Below, piece after piece: positions 45,462 to 55,045 of a stretch of DNA of 64,000 bases. Under the pieces are notes generated by a model. It saw only the letters and a list, made by a program, of their open reading frames with translations, had not been told where the DNA came from and searched no databases. Positions within the stretch are counted from its first letter, which is position 1. Every line of letters begins with the position of its first letter. This stretch comes from a bacterium. Lineage in GTDB: Bacteria; SZUA-79; Acidulodesulfobacterales; Acidulodesulfobacteraceae. The position numbers and the translations under genes are program-made. The stretch lies in NCBI GenBank assembly GCA_027318865.1, contig DAHVOJ010000003.1, positions 10,025 through 74,024 of the forward strand, in the 5' to 3' direction.

Positions 45462-46643
45462 TTATTTTAATATTCCTAAAAATTTCATAACAGGTTTTCC
45501 AAATTTATCCACAGAGTACGAAATTTTTAAAATTCTCCGAAAACGTAACTTTTTAATAATTAAATTGTAATTATCGGCAAATTTTCTGTAGCCGCCGCTA
45601 TCAAAAGCGGTTCCTTTAACAATATATTTATCGCCGGATTTTATTATATTTATATCTTTTATTTTTATGCCTTCGGGAAAAAGATTGAAAATTTTTTTTA
45701 AATAACCTGTTATATTCACATTCATAAAATGCTTATCGAATAAAATAATATGCTCATCTTCCTGAACTTGCAGAGATAAAACAGATATATTCTTGTTCAG
45801 TAACACTAATTTTTGTTTTTCGTGATATATTTTATTATCGTATGACAAGTATGCGGTTTCCATAAAAATTATGAAAAATATTAGAACGGCAATATAAATA
45901 TTTTTTAATCTGTTCTTTTTGTCCTCTAATTTTTTAAATTTTATTTCTATATTTTCGAAGTGGGGAATTGTCCCGCTTATATCTTCGAAGTATTCAAAAA
46001 AATCTTTCGACGTAAAATTTACTATTCCGGTATTACCGAAAAAAATACCGAAATTGTCACAATCGCAGTTCGTTACGATTTTTTCTATTTTAATATCTTT
46101 TGAATCAAGTTTTGCTTTTAAAATATTTAAATTGTCGTTTAACATATCTGCGTTGAAACTTGCAACCGGGACAACGGTAAATCCGTTCGAAACAACCATA
46201 ATTTTATATATGTCTTCGGTCTTTTCTATGAATATAAAAGTTTCTTGCAGATTAAGATTGGGCGATTTTTCTTTTAAAAAAGATATTGCCAGATAATCGT
46301 AAGGGATAACCATATTTATTCCATGAAATAATGCATAGTATTTCTTTATATTTAAAGGCAGGGTATGATAAGCCCCATATTCTCCGTTGACGCCCGATAT
46401 ATAAAAATAAGATTCGTTCTTGTAATATTTGCCAAGATAACGATTTAAAGAAAATTTTTTCACGGCTTTTAAGTTTTTTTTCGGAATAGCAGAAAAAATT
46501 ATATTTTTAGATATTACCGAAACCGCCGATTCGATTCCGGAATCTTCGGCGGCATCGATATAATTATGCGAAAAAAAAGATTTATCGCCGTCAAAATACT
46601 GGTATATATCGTATTCTTCGATGTAAATTAAATTTCTATACAT
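45462..46643 (-). CDS. Bitopic assembly protein (GspL or PilM-PilN-fusion-like architecture)
   Basis: About 240-aa cytoplasmic part, one TM (IYIAVLIFFIIFMETAYL), about 130-aa periplasmic part. Operon context only. Confidence 0.3.
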   Translation of the reverse strand: MYRNLIYIEEYDIYQYFDGDKSFFSHNYIDAAEDSGIESAVSVISKNIIFSAIPKKNLKAVKKFSLNRYLGKYYKNESYFYISGVNGEYGAYHTLPLNIKKYYALFHGINMVIPYDYLAISFLKEKSPNLNLQETFIFIEKTEDIYKIMVVSNGFTVVPVASFNADMLNDNLNILKAKLDSKDIKIEKIVTNCDCDNFGIFFGNTGIVNFTSKDFFEYFEDISGTIPHFENIEIKFKKLEDKKNRLKNIYIAVLIFFIIFMETAYLSYDNKIYHEKQKLVLLNKNISVLSLQVQEDEHIILFDKHFMNVNITGYLKKIFNLFPEGIKIKDINIIKSGDKYIVKGTAFDSGGYRKFADNYNLIIKKLRFRRILKISYSVDKFGKPVMKFLGILK

Positions 46644-46656
46644 AATTCAAAATTTT

Positions 46657-47625
46657 TTAATTTAATGTGTTAGATTGGTTTAAATTTATTAGATTCGGAA
46701 GATAACTTGCCGGTATTTCTATTTCGTATCCCGGGGGTTCTATCGCAACATAATCCATTCCTCCTTCCCAGTAGGTGTATTTAACGTTTCCCCAAACCTC
46801 CGGAAGATATGGATTTTGGAATGCGCCTCCTACCCAATCGCTATAAGTATAAGTATCGCCGGCACTGTTAGTGTACGATGATCCGCCGGAACACCCCGAC
46901 AAAGGATTATTTGCATAGCTTAAAATCGCATTGTTTCCGCTGACGCCTTCAACTATAAAATATAAAGACAAGTCACTTCCAAACGATGTGCTGGAGTGTG
47001 TTATGCCTCTTCCAACGTTTAAAGATGCGATTTCGGTAGTATAGCAAATTGCGCCCGTTATATAGAAACTTTTCCCTACATATTGTCCGTAAACCCCGCT
47101 TTGATTATCGTTAACGGCTATAGGATCGATATAAATTATCTCATTTCCGTTAAGCAAGGTACTGCCCGGTATATTATGTCTTATTTCGGTATAAAAATTA
47201 TAATAGCTATCGGGTTCGTCATTTTGCGACGGCATAATTGCAAGCGTATAACTTATTTCATGAGTCGTCCCGCCTTGTGTCTCATCGTTGACGCTTAAAC
47301 ATATTTTTGTATCGTCGTTTTGCGTTATACTTCCGTATATGCAATCGGAAGCGGGATTTTCTCCTGCAAAATCTATCCCGAAACCTTTAGCAATGTATCC
47401 GTAAGATTGAAGGGAACTTATGGTGCTGAATGTATTATTGTTATTAACATAGGCGCTTTCCGCGTTTATTAAAGTATTTGCAAGAGTAGATACGTTATTT
47501 GCCCTGTTTTCGAAGACCATACCCTGAAGCGCGGGAATTGAAAGCGCCGCCATAATCGAAACCACAAGCATTGAAATAATAATTCCGGCAAGAGAAAATC
47601 CCTTATTATTCTTTAAAATCTTCAT
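46657..47625 (-). CDS. Large pilin/pseudopilin-like protein lacking Glu+5
   Basis: Short basic leader MKILKNNKG followed by FSLAGIIISMLVVSIMAAL, a class III signal-like sequence with Gly at +5. Confidence 0.5.
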   Translation of the reverse strand: MKILKNNKGFSLAGIIISMLVVSIMAALSIPALQGMVFENRANNVSTLANTLINAESAYVNNNNTFSTISSLQSYGYIAKGFGIDFAGENPASDCIYGSITQNDDTKICLSVNDETQGGTTHEISYTLAIMPSQNDEPDSYYNFYTEIRHNIPGSTLLNGNEIIYIDPIAVNDNQSGVYGQYVGKSFYITGAICYTTEIASLNVGRGITHSSTSFGSDLSLYFIVEGVSGNNAILSYANNPLSGCSGGSSYTNSAGDTYTYSDWVGGAFQNPYLPEVWGNVKYTYWEGGMDYVAIEPPGYEIEIPASYLPNLINLNQSNTLN

Positions 47626-47644
47626 ATTATCCAGCCCTCCTCTT

Positions 47645-48286
47645 TTAAAAAAGACTTATTATCGACGTAAAAAAACCTATTATCGCCTGAATTCCTTTGC
47701 CGAGCAAACTTGTTTGAGTTCCGGCGGTATCGGTATAATTCATTCCTCCATTCGCGTCTGGACTTGTAAGGGTCGAACTAATAGGCGGAGCAGAACCGGG
47801 ATTGGAAGCAAAAGAGGGTGGATTACCGTCAAGGTTAAAAGCGATAACCCAGAGACCGTCTATATATGAAACCTGCCCGGTCTTACCGGTTATACCCTTG
47901 CTTATTTCACGGCTAACCGCATCCGAATAAAACAGATTGGATGGAATATAAACTTCCAGCATTTCTTTCTGCAAATTTACGCAGATATTCATAATGTTTC
48001 TAAATAATATTTTATTTATGCAAGTCTCGCCGTTGAAATTATAAACCTGCATAGGACTCAAATATGCAGGACTGCTCGACTCAAGACCGGTTATGTCCGT
48101 AAAACCTCCTGAATTCTGAAAATAAGCATGCTCGGCTTTTAAAATAAGATCTGCCGTATTCACTATATTTTGCGCTTCTAAATTATAAATCTCCCCCTTA
48201 ATCATTCCAAAACATAATCTTGAAGCAAACAGAATATAAAAAAAGACAGTCGCTATAGAAATAATACAATACCTCATACCCGTCAC
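47645..48286 (-). CDS. Membrane-anchored hypothetical protein in the pilin gene block
   Basis: 213 aa, N-terminal hydrophobic segment, no canonical prepilin cleavage motif. Confidence 0.3.
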   Translation of the reverse strand: MTGMRYCIISIATVFFYILFASRLCFGMIKGEIYNLEAQNIVNTADLILKAEHAYFQNSGGFTDITGLESSSPAYLSPMQVYNFNGETCINKILFRNIMNICVNLQKEMLEVYIPSNLFYSDAVSREISKGITGKTGQVSYIDGLWVIAFNLDGNPPSFASNPGSAPPISSTLTSPDANGGMNYTDTAGTQTSLLGKGIQAIIGFFTSIISLF

Positions 48287-48300
48287 CGCTTTACTTTAAT

Positions 48301-48927
48301 TTAATTAAACGTAAACGTTAAATTTCCCTGAAAGTTAGAATTATTTGCCGAAGCGGCATTTCCGTCGAATAGATCGCTTAAGCAGTTCTGTCCGCTACCT
48401 ATATTAAAAACGGGACCGCCGCCGGCATTAACGCCTGAAATCGAATTTTCTAAAGAATTGCATATGTTTAATGCCTGAGCGTTAGTCATCTGAGGAGCGT
48501 TTATACCTATTACGTAAATATATTGCCCCGGATTTGAATTTGTAGAAATCTGATAACCGGCAACAAAACCGGCATTCGGGGGTATGACGTTATCCCCGCT
48601 GACAGTCCACGACGAAGGAAGCAGGTTATCTTCCTGCATAGCATAAGGAAGAGAAATGCCTGACGGCGGAATAATGCTTCCTCCGTTTACCTGCATATAA
48701 GAATTTACGGCTGATTCTAATTTTATAACGGATTGAACAGTTGCCGTAACGTTGGAAGAACCTATTAACCCGTTATAAACCATAAGTCCGCCTGCAGAAA
48801 GTATTCCTACGACTATCATTGCGACTATAATTTCCATCAGCGTAAAACCGCCGTTATTTTTTTTCGATTTTCCCTTATTTTGACTCAGGCTTTTGTTTTG
48901 ATTCCTGCTCTGTTTTAGCTTTAGCAT
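48301..48927 (-). CDS. Prepilin-type (pseudo)pilin with long leader
   Basis: Canonical class III signal ...NNGG/FTLMEIIVAMIVVGILSAG after a basic leader of about 26 aa. Confidence 0.75.
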   Translation of the reverse strand: MLKLKQSRNQNKSLSQNKGKSKKNNGGFTLMEIIVAMIVVGILSAGGLMVYNGLIGSSNVTATVQSVIKLESAVNSYMQVNGGSIIPPSGISLPYAMQEDNLLPSSWTVSGDNVIPPNAGFVAGYQISTNSNPGQYIYVIGINAPQMTNAQALNICNSLENSISGVNAGGGPVFNIGSGQNCLSDLFDGNAASANNSNFQGNLTFTFN

Positions 48928-48982
48928 ATTGTTGCCCCTCCTAAATTTAATTAAATTTAAATTTTTATATATCGGTAATTTA

Positions 48983-50260
48983 TTAATAGTTTGCCGACAG
49001 ACCGACCATCCCCTGAATAAGCGGCAGAAATAAAGAGAAAAACATCAATAACAGAAAAAATACTACGCCGGTCATCGCCAAGAAAAACAGCCCTTTGGTG
49101 AATATTTTCATATATCTGTCCGATTTATCCTTAAATTCGCCCGACAATCTTAAGACCGTTTCCGATAAAAAACCTCCTATTTCGGCATATCTTATAGATT
49201 CGACAACGTCTTCGGATAAAAAATTTGCTTTATATATCGATTCGAATAGCGAGGCTCCCTTCATCAAGTCTTCATAAACCGATTTGAATTTATTTCTAAA
49301 ATAAGTTTTAGAGGTGTTTTTGCCTAAATAATTAAATACGGCGTTGACGGTAACGCCTGACGAAACCATTAATGAAAATTGATAAAATATCCAGTTTAAA
49401 TACCCGTAATTTATGATATTTCTTATTTGCGGAATATTTTGTATAAAAGAAAACGCCTTCGTTTTGATTCCGGATAAATCGGCCATAAAAGCGGCAAAAA
49501 TAGACGCGGTAAAGATTATGCAATATACAAATATATTTTTTAAATATTTGAATAATCCCAAAGTATATAGAGTTGACTCCGGAATATGAGGAAATTGTTT
49601 AAAAAATATAGAAAAAGCCGGAACTATATAATACAGAAATACGGAAAATGCAACAAACAGCAATAAAAACAAAAATAACGGGTAAGCTAATATCCCTATA
49701 ATATTTTTTTTATAAATATTTTTTGTTTCGAAATATTCCGAAATTTTCAAAAAAGCTTCCGAATAATCGCCCGTTGATACTGCTAAATCAAGCAATGACA
49801 GAACTATTTCTTCGAAATTATTTAATGCAAAAATTTTCTTGACGCTTTCGCCCCCGTCTATTAACTCTAGACAATTTCTTATAAATTTTTGCCTGTTTTT
49901 AATTTGAGATTGCCTGTGATTATAATAAAGCCGTTTTGCCGCATATAACAAATCAAATTTCCCTATATATTCCGGCTTCGCAATATCTTTATTCATATAG
50001 CCTAAAGCCTTGCTTACGGAACCGGTAGATTTAACAAGCTGATAGAGTTCGTTAAAAAACATCGAAAGTTCGGCGTCTTTCATGCCGGCATTCGATATGG
50101 GACGCAATAGATCTAAAAATATATTGGGTAAAATAACGGAGGGCATATAGCCTTCTTCTAAAATTATCGATTCTGCATCCGATAAACTGCCCGCCTTAAT
50201 ATTTTTTATTAAACTTTTGCCTTCGGGGGTATAAAACTTTATCAAATAATTTTTTAACAT
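48983..50260 (-). CDS. GspF/PilC-family inner-membrane platform protein
   Basis: 425 aa, two-repeat T2SSF-like layout with three hydrophobic segments, located directly after the ATPase gene. Confidence 0.7.
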   Translation of the reverse strand: MLKNYLIKFYTPEGKSLIKNIKAGSLSDAESIILEEGYMPSVILPNIFLDLLRPISNAGMKDAELSMFFNELYQLVKSTGSVSKALGYMNKDIAKPEYIGKFDLLYAAKRLYYNHRQSQIKNRQKFIRNCLELIDGGESVKKIFALNNFEEIVLSLLDLAVSTGDYSEAFLKISEYFETKNIYKKNIIGILAYPLFLFLLLFVAFSVFLYYIVPAFSIFFKQFPHIPESTLYTLGLFKYLKNIFVYCIIFTASIFAAFMADLSGIKTKAFSFIQNIPQIRNIINYGYLNWIFYQFSLMVSSGVTVNAVFNYLGKNTSKTYFRNKFKSVYEDLMKGASLFESIYKANFLSEDVVESIRYAEIGGFLSETVLRLSGEFKDKSDRYMKIFTKGLFFLAMTGVVFFLLLMFFSLFLPLIQGMVGLSANY

Positions 50261-50271
50261 ATAATTACGAT

Positions 50272-51948
50272 TTACCTCGACAGGTTAAAATAAACGGCGG
50301 GATCTATCTCCCCAATAAGTAATTTATTAAATGCCTGAATTTTTAAAGATTCAAAACCGGATAAATTTATCAACAGGGACTCTAAAGAAGACGGATTAAA
50401 TAAAATATTTAAATCTCTATATATTTCTTCTCTTGCCGCATAGTTAAACTCGGCAATTTCGATAAGAGGTTTTCTTTTATCGTATCCGGTGCCGCCGCAC
50501 CTATCGCAACTTTTTTCTCCTCTTACGAAAATCGAATCCGGATCCGTAAATTTTTCTGAATTATTCATTTTATACGTTACTTCCACGGACGATCTTACAT
50601 CCTGCATAAGAGCATTTTTGTAAATCGACGGTAATTCTTCGAAATAAATTTCTTTTTTACATTCGGAACACAATGGATTATATAGCCTCTGCGCGGTAAC
50701 AAATCTTAAAACGGAAAACAATTGAACGGCATCTATATTTAAAGATTTAAACCTTCCGAATATCGACAGCGAAGAATTTGTGTGAAGCGTCGTAAGAACG
50801 AGATGTCCGGTTTCAGCCGCTATCAATGCATGTTTTGCAGTAGTTTCGTCTCTAATTTCCCCTATCATCATGATATCCGGTTCGCTCCTCAACATTACAC
50901 GGACGGCTTCCGAATAACCGAAATCTTCCGATATGCTCATTTGCGTTATATTAGATTCGCGCAGTTCAATTTCTACTGGGTCCTCTATGGTTAAAATAGT
51001 GCTTTTTTTCTGCGACAAAAGTTTCAGCATTGCATAAAAAGTCGTTGTTTTTCCGGATCCCGTAGGTCCGGTAGCGATAATTAGCCCATGCGGATGGATA
51101 TAAGATTTCTTTAATAAACTCGCTTTGTCTTCGGTAAACCCTATAGATTTAAAATCAAATACTTTGTTCAGACCGTGAATTCTAAGAACTGCTTCGAAAA
51201 GCGTTAACTCCTTGTCTAATTTGGAAGAAATAGGTAAAAATGCGACTCTTATGCTTACCCTTAATCCTTTATAAAAATTTGAAACAAATATAAATTTAGC
51301 ATCAAGCCCTTCCCCTCTTTTCAAAGTTATCTGGCAATTTGCGGCAATTATATTTATTATTCTCTGTCCCGATTCTAAACTGACCGCTCTTATATTTTCC
51401 TGATTAATCTCGCCGTCCATTATAATCATATAAAAATTTTCCGACCTCTTAATTCTCAAATTGGGCGATCCTTTTAACAACGCAATTTCAATTGCCTCAT
51501 TTAAAATTTCTTTTTCCGAAAATTCTTTATTGTTTATAAATATTCCGTTAAGAGCTTCGTAAATTTTTCTTTTTGTAGAAAACCCTACTTTAAATGCTTT
51601 AAAATTTTCGTCGAAAGCCATCCTTTCCGATAAAGCGGCGGTAATTTCACTGCAAATTATATAACGAACATCGCCTTTTCGTGCGGCTACCGCAGGAATA
51701 TCGTAAAGCATACCGAAACCTAAGTTTTCATTTTCTTTTTTGTCTATATGCAATGAACTTAAATCGTTAAAAAAATCTCTGCCTGAATTGTGAGCGAGAT
51801 AAACTGCGACATCGAAATCGGTAACGTAGCCGCCGTCCATTAAAATTTCGCCCAGCCTCTTTTTTCCTATAGACTGCACAAAAAGAGCGTCTTTCAACTG
51901 CTCCTCCGTTATCTTTCCTTTTGATATAAGATATTCGCCTATTTTCAT
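50272..51948 (-). CDS. GspE/PilB-family secretion ATPase with MshEN-like N-terminal domain
   Basis: Walker A GPTGSGKTTT, Asp box, Walker B and His box region, tetracysteine CSEC...CDRCGGTG, N-terminal tandem RLGxx(L/I) motifs. Confidence 0.9.
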   Translation of the reverse strand: MKIGEYLISKGKITEEQLKDALFVQSIGKKRLGEILMDGGYVTDFDVAVYLAHNSGRDFFNDLSSLHIDKKENENLGFGMLYDIPAVAARKGDVRYIICSEITAALSERMAFDENFKAFKVGFSTKRKIYEALNGIFINNKEFSEKEILNEAIEIALLKGSPNLRIKRSENFYMIIMDGEINQENIRAVSLESGQRIINIIAANCQITLKRGEGLDAKFIFVSNFYKGLRVSIRVAFLPISSKLDKELTLFEAVLRIHGLNKVFDFKSIGFTEDKASLLKKSYIHPHGLIIATGPTGSGKTTTFYAMLKLLSQKKSTILTIEDPVEIELRESNITQMSISEDFGYSEAVRVMLRSEPDIMMIGEIRDETTAKHALIAAETGHLVLTTLHTNSSLSIFGRFKSLNIDAVQLFSVLRFVTAQRLYNPLCSECKKEIYFEELPSIYKNALMQDVRSSVEVTYKMNNSEKFTDPDSIFVRGEKSCDRCGGTGYDKRKPLIEIAEFNYAAREEIYRDLNILFNPSSLESLLINLSGFESLKIQAFNKLLIGEIDPAVYFNLSR

Positions 51949-51963
51949 AAAAAAATTCCCCTC

Positions 51964-53691
51964 TTATTTTATTACTTCAGGCGTCAGCATAATCAGCAAA
52001 TCTTTTTTTTGATTTGAATCGTTTATCGATTTAAACAAGTTTCCTATCAGTGGAATTTTAGACAACAACGGAATTCCATAGGTATTTTTAACTTTATCGG
52101 TAGTAAGTATCCCTCCTACTAATATAGTAGAACCCGATTTTACGTTTACCGTATCGGAAAAACTTTTAGATTCTATTACGGGATTGCTGAAACTTTCTCC
52201 TCCTACAGAAAAAGATTGGTATCCCGTAATCGAATTATCGATTAAACTTAAGGTAACGGAAACGGAATCGTCTTTAAAATCGATGTGAGGAGTAAAAGAT
52301 ATAGAAAGACCGGACTGCACCTGAGATATAACCGGATAAGTTTCTGTTTGCGACAGGCTTAACGTCATTGTTTGGATACTCGAAACATAAGGCGTTATCG
52401 TTCCCGACGAAATTAGCCTTGTCTGACCGTCCATTAAAACAAGTCTTGGTTGTGATATTACATCGACGGAACCCTGAGTCTTAAGAGCGTTTAAAATTGC
52501 GCTATTGCTGCCTGAGCCGTTAAATCCTATATATGGAGTGTTTGAGATATTGTTTCCGGATGCAAACTGCGCCGAAACTGATACCGAATCCACACCTAAA
52601 ACATTTGATTTAAACGCTTGATTGAATAGTAAATTCCAGTTTATACCCGCCTGAAATCCTTTATTTAAACTTACGTCGATTACCTCGACTTTTAAGAAAA
52701 CCTGTTTTGAAAGAAACTTATTTATTCTTTTTATATATGCCGCAACTTCATTTACGTTGGAAACCCTGTCTTTAACCCATATCAATCCGTCTTTGGGATT
52801 AATAAAATATTTTCCCTTTTCAGTCAGCATTTCCCTAATATTCCTTGAAATTATAGAGTATAAGCTTTCCGATTCTGAAAGAGTTAACGATAACGAACCT
52901 GAAGGATTGCCGGAATAAGCTCCATTTCTGCCGGAATTTCCGGATGAGTTTATCGAATTGACGGACGACGGAGCGGAAGCGGATTGTCCTGCGTTTCCTG
53001 TTCCGGCAAGCTGTCCTTCGGAAACTCCTTGCGCGTTTCCGTTATTATAGTTTGAACCGTAGCCGTTATTTTCTCCCGCGGTTCCTCCTTGACCCATTTC
53101 CGTCATTCCGACGGTGGACGAGAAAGACGACAACAGATCCGAAACCGGAATATGAAATGTTTTTTCTTCTACCGCATAAACATATAACATTCCGTTTTTG
53201 TAGGTATAAGTAAAACCGTTGGAAATTAAAAGTCCTTTTAGAACCTTATAGAGCGGGACATTTCTGTAATATGCGTCGTTTTTTAATTTGTCGGGAAAAC
53301 CTCTGTAAATAACAAAAGGAACGTCTGTTTCTTGCGACAGCAACATTAATGCCGATTTTATACTGCCTTTTCCCGAAAGCGAAATTTTTTGCCTTAGAAA
53401 ATACGCGATATTAATCTTAATATGATTTTTTTTAATGTTTTTGATGCCGGCAGATATGGATATATGCTTGTTATTAGCGTGTTTTATTATCCGTTTATCC
53501 CTTTTTTTATTGAAATTAATAGGAATGATTTTGGCTCTTTTTATATTTATGCCGTATTTTTTAAACAAATTTTCCCAGTTTTCATTCTTATTCTTATGAT
53601 TATCGGCGCCATATGCTTTTATAGGCTGAACTCTACAAATATCGAACATCGTTAAAATTAATATTAAAATTAATAAATTTTTGTTTTTCAT
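51964..53691 (-). CDS. Secretin (GspD/PilQ family) with G/S/N-rich low-complexity insert
   Basis: Signal peptide. C-terminal secretin block (ISQPRLVLMDGQ..., GIPLLSKIPLIGNLFKS, LLIMLTPEVI). Confidence 0.8.
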   Translation of the reverse strand: MKNKNLLILILILTMFDICRVQPIKAYGADNHKNKNENWENLFKKYGINIKRAKIIPINFNKKRDKRIIKHANNKHISISAGIKNIKKNHIKINIAYFLRQKISLSGKGSIKSALMLLSQETDVPFVIYRGFPDKLKNDAYYRNVPLYKVLKGLLISNGFTYTYKNGMLYVYAVEEKTFHIPVSDLLSSFSSTVGMTEMGQGGTAGENNGYGSNYNNGNAQGVSEGQLAGTGNAGQSASAPSSVNSINSSGNSGRNGAYSGNPSGSLSLTLSESESLYSIISRNIREMLTEKGKYFINPKDGLIWVKDRVSNVNEVAAYIKRINKFLSKQVFLKVEVIDVSLNKGFQAGINWNLLFNQAFKSNVLGVDSVSVSAQFASGNNISNTPYIGFNGSGSNSAILNALKTQGSVDVISQPRLVLMDGQTRLISSGTITPYVSSIQTMTLSLSQTETYPVISQVQSGLSISFTPHIDFKDDSVSVTLSLIDNSITGYQSFSVGGESFSNPVIESKSFSDTVNVKSGSTILVGGILTTDKVKNTYGIPLLSKIPLIGNLFKSINDSNQKKDLLIMLTPEVIK

Positions 53692-54009
53692 AATTTTTTT
53701 GTTTTTGCGGTTAATTTAATTTTTAAATATAATTCAATTATATTTTTTTAATGTTTCTATATTATGACGATTTCGTTACATTTGTATTAAATTTTTGTTA
53801 AATTAATGTTACAAATTGGGTTTAAAAATTTATACAACCACGGTTTATAGACTTTTTACCGGAATAAAAAAATTTAAAAAGTTATCGATATTATTTTGCT
53901 GAATTTTTTTCGGCGAATAACTTTGGTAATAGCTTTGAAAAATACGCTTGACAAGGGTCAAATATTTGCGGACGGCGGAGATATTTTTGGGAGGATATTT
54001 TTGGGAGGA

Positions 54010-54038
54010 TTGACAGAAATTGGTATAAATGATATTAT
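54010..54038 (+). promoter_or_regulatory. Putative promoter of tRNA-Arg(TCT): TTGACA-N17-TATTAT with TG extension
   Basis: TTGACA at 54010-54015, TGA-TATTAT with the -10 at 54033-54038. The tRNA starts 25 nt later. Preceded by a 14-nt direct repeat (GATATTTTTGGGAG x2, 53980-54007). Confidence 0.55.
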
Positions 54039-54062
54039 TAAATGAATATATTTTCCTTCTAT

Positions 54063-54139
54063 GCGTTCATAGCTCAGTCGGATAGAGCAACAGCCTTCTA
54101 AGCTGTGGGTCGCAGGTTCGAATCCTGCTGGACGCACCA
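54063..54139 (+). tRNA. tRNA-Arg (anticodon TCT)
   Basis: Hand-folded: acceptor GCGTTCA/TGGACGC, D arm GCTC...GAGC, anticodon loop CTTCTAA, T arm GCAGG-TTCGAAT-CCTGC, encoded CCA. Confidence 0.9.
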
Positions 54140-54173
54140 TTAAAATCAAGACTTTGCGGTAGGTTTGAAATAA

Positions 54174-54374
54174 TTAATTTTTTTGACTGTGGTCGTTTTT
54201 GTGGTCAAAAGATTTTTCAAATTCCGATAGCTCTTCTTCAATATCTTTAATAGCCTGATTAAAGCCTTTTTGAAAAAGGTTTGTAAGTGTAATGTTTTTA
54301 TCGAATTTCTTTAATTCGACATATCTTTCGTGGAGTTCCTTCTTTAACTCAAAATTCATAATTTTCTTAAACAT
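54174..54374 (-). CDS. Small Lys/Glu-rich hypothetical protein
   Basis: 66-aa ORF with ATG and an AGGA-type SD about 7 nt upstream. No motif recognised. Confidence 0.3.
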   Translation of the reverse strand: MFKKIMNFELKKELHERYVELKKFDKNITLTNLFQKGFNQAIKDIEEELSEFEKSFDHKNDHSQKN

Positions 54375-54515
54375 TTTTTTCCTTAATTAAAGTTTTTTGC
54401 CTTTCGCTTTTGCCTTTCTCCCCCTTTGCTAAGGGGGCCGGGGGGTTAGGTGCTTTTAAATTTAAAAGATTTTGACCGCCGTTCCTCGCAATTTTCAGAA
54501 AAGTTATCAACAAAA

Positions 54516-54547
54516 TTAGATAGCCGGCTTTTTGGCTGTCTAATTTT
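54516..54547. terminator. Hairpin with T-tracts on both strands (candidate bidirectional terminator downstream of the CRISPR array)
   Basis: TTAGATAGCC (54516-54525) pairs with GGCTGTCTAA (54534-54543) with one G-U. It is flanked by CAAAA on the left and TTTT on the right. Confidence 0.4.
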
Positions 54548-54752
54548 GCGTAGCATTGATTTTTAGGAAATTTGATAGCGTTTTTTGCTGTCAAATTTCC
54601 GTTAAAAAAATCAATGTTGATTACTTTTCGTTTTGAAAATTGCCTCGCTTTAATGCCTATCGTAAGTCTATAATGTGATAATTCGAGTGCAATAAAATGC
54701 TTTTTACAATAATATAACGTTTTAAGGAAGTGGATAAAATGTACGAAGCACA

Positions 54753-55041
54753 ATCTACAATAGTAGAAATTACATATAACGTTTTAAGATATTGGTATTT
54801 ATTCGATACCTTATTCATCTACAACAGTAGAAATTGTATATAACGATTCAAGATTTAGTTCTTTAACCTTTTGCACCACCATCTACAACAGTAGAAATTG
54901 TATATAACGATTCAAGTCCCGCCTCATGTCCGTATGTATCATATCTACAACAGTAGAAATTGTATATAACGATTCAAGTCAACGAACACCAACCAACTCG
55001 CAAAAATCTACAACAGTAGAAATTGTATATAACGATTCAAG
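54753..55041 (-). CRISPR. Type V-A CRISPR array: 5 repeats of 36 nt, spacers of 26-28 nt, plus a decayed sixth repeat at 54691-54726
   Basis: Plus-strand repeats ATCTACAACAGTAGAAATTGTATATAACGATTCAAG at 54817, 54881, 54943 and 55006, and a 5-mismatch copy at 54753. The reverse complement ends AATTTCTACTGTTGTAGAT, the Cas12a crRNA handle. Confidence 0.95.
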
Positions 55042-55045
55042 AGAT

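Noticed and set aside
53692-53960. AT-rich region upstream of the secretin operon with GTTACA-containing near-repeats
   Set aside because: The repeats are short and imperfect, and I could not define a convincing motif or structure.
53958-54149. 63-aa minus-strand ORF
   Set aside because: It lies antisense across tRNA-Arg(TCT) and its promoter, so it is a shadow ORF.
54367-54753. 128-aa minus-strand ORF between the array and the 66-aa ORF
   Set aside because: It begins inside the decayed repeat and spacer region, has no SD, has odd composition, and spans two hairpins. It is more likely non-coding.
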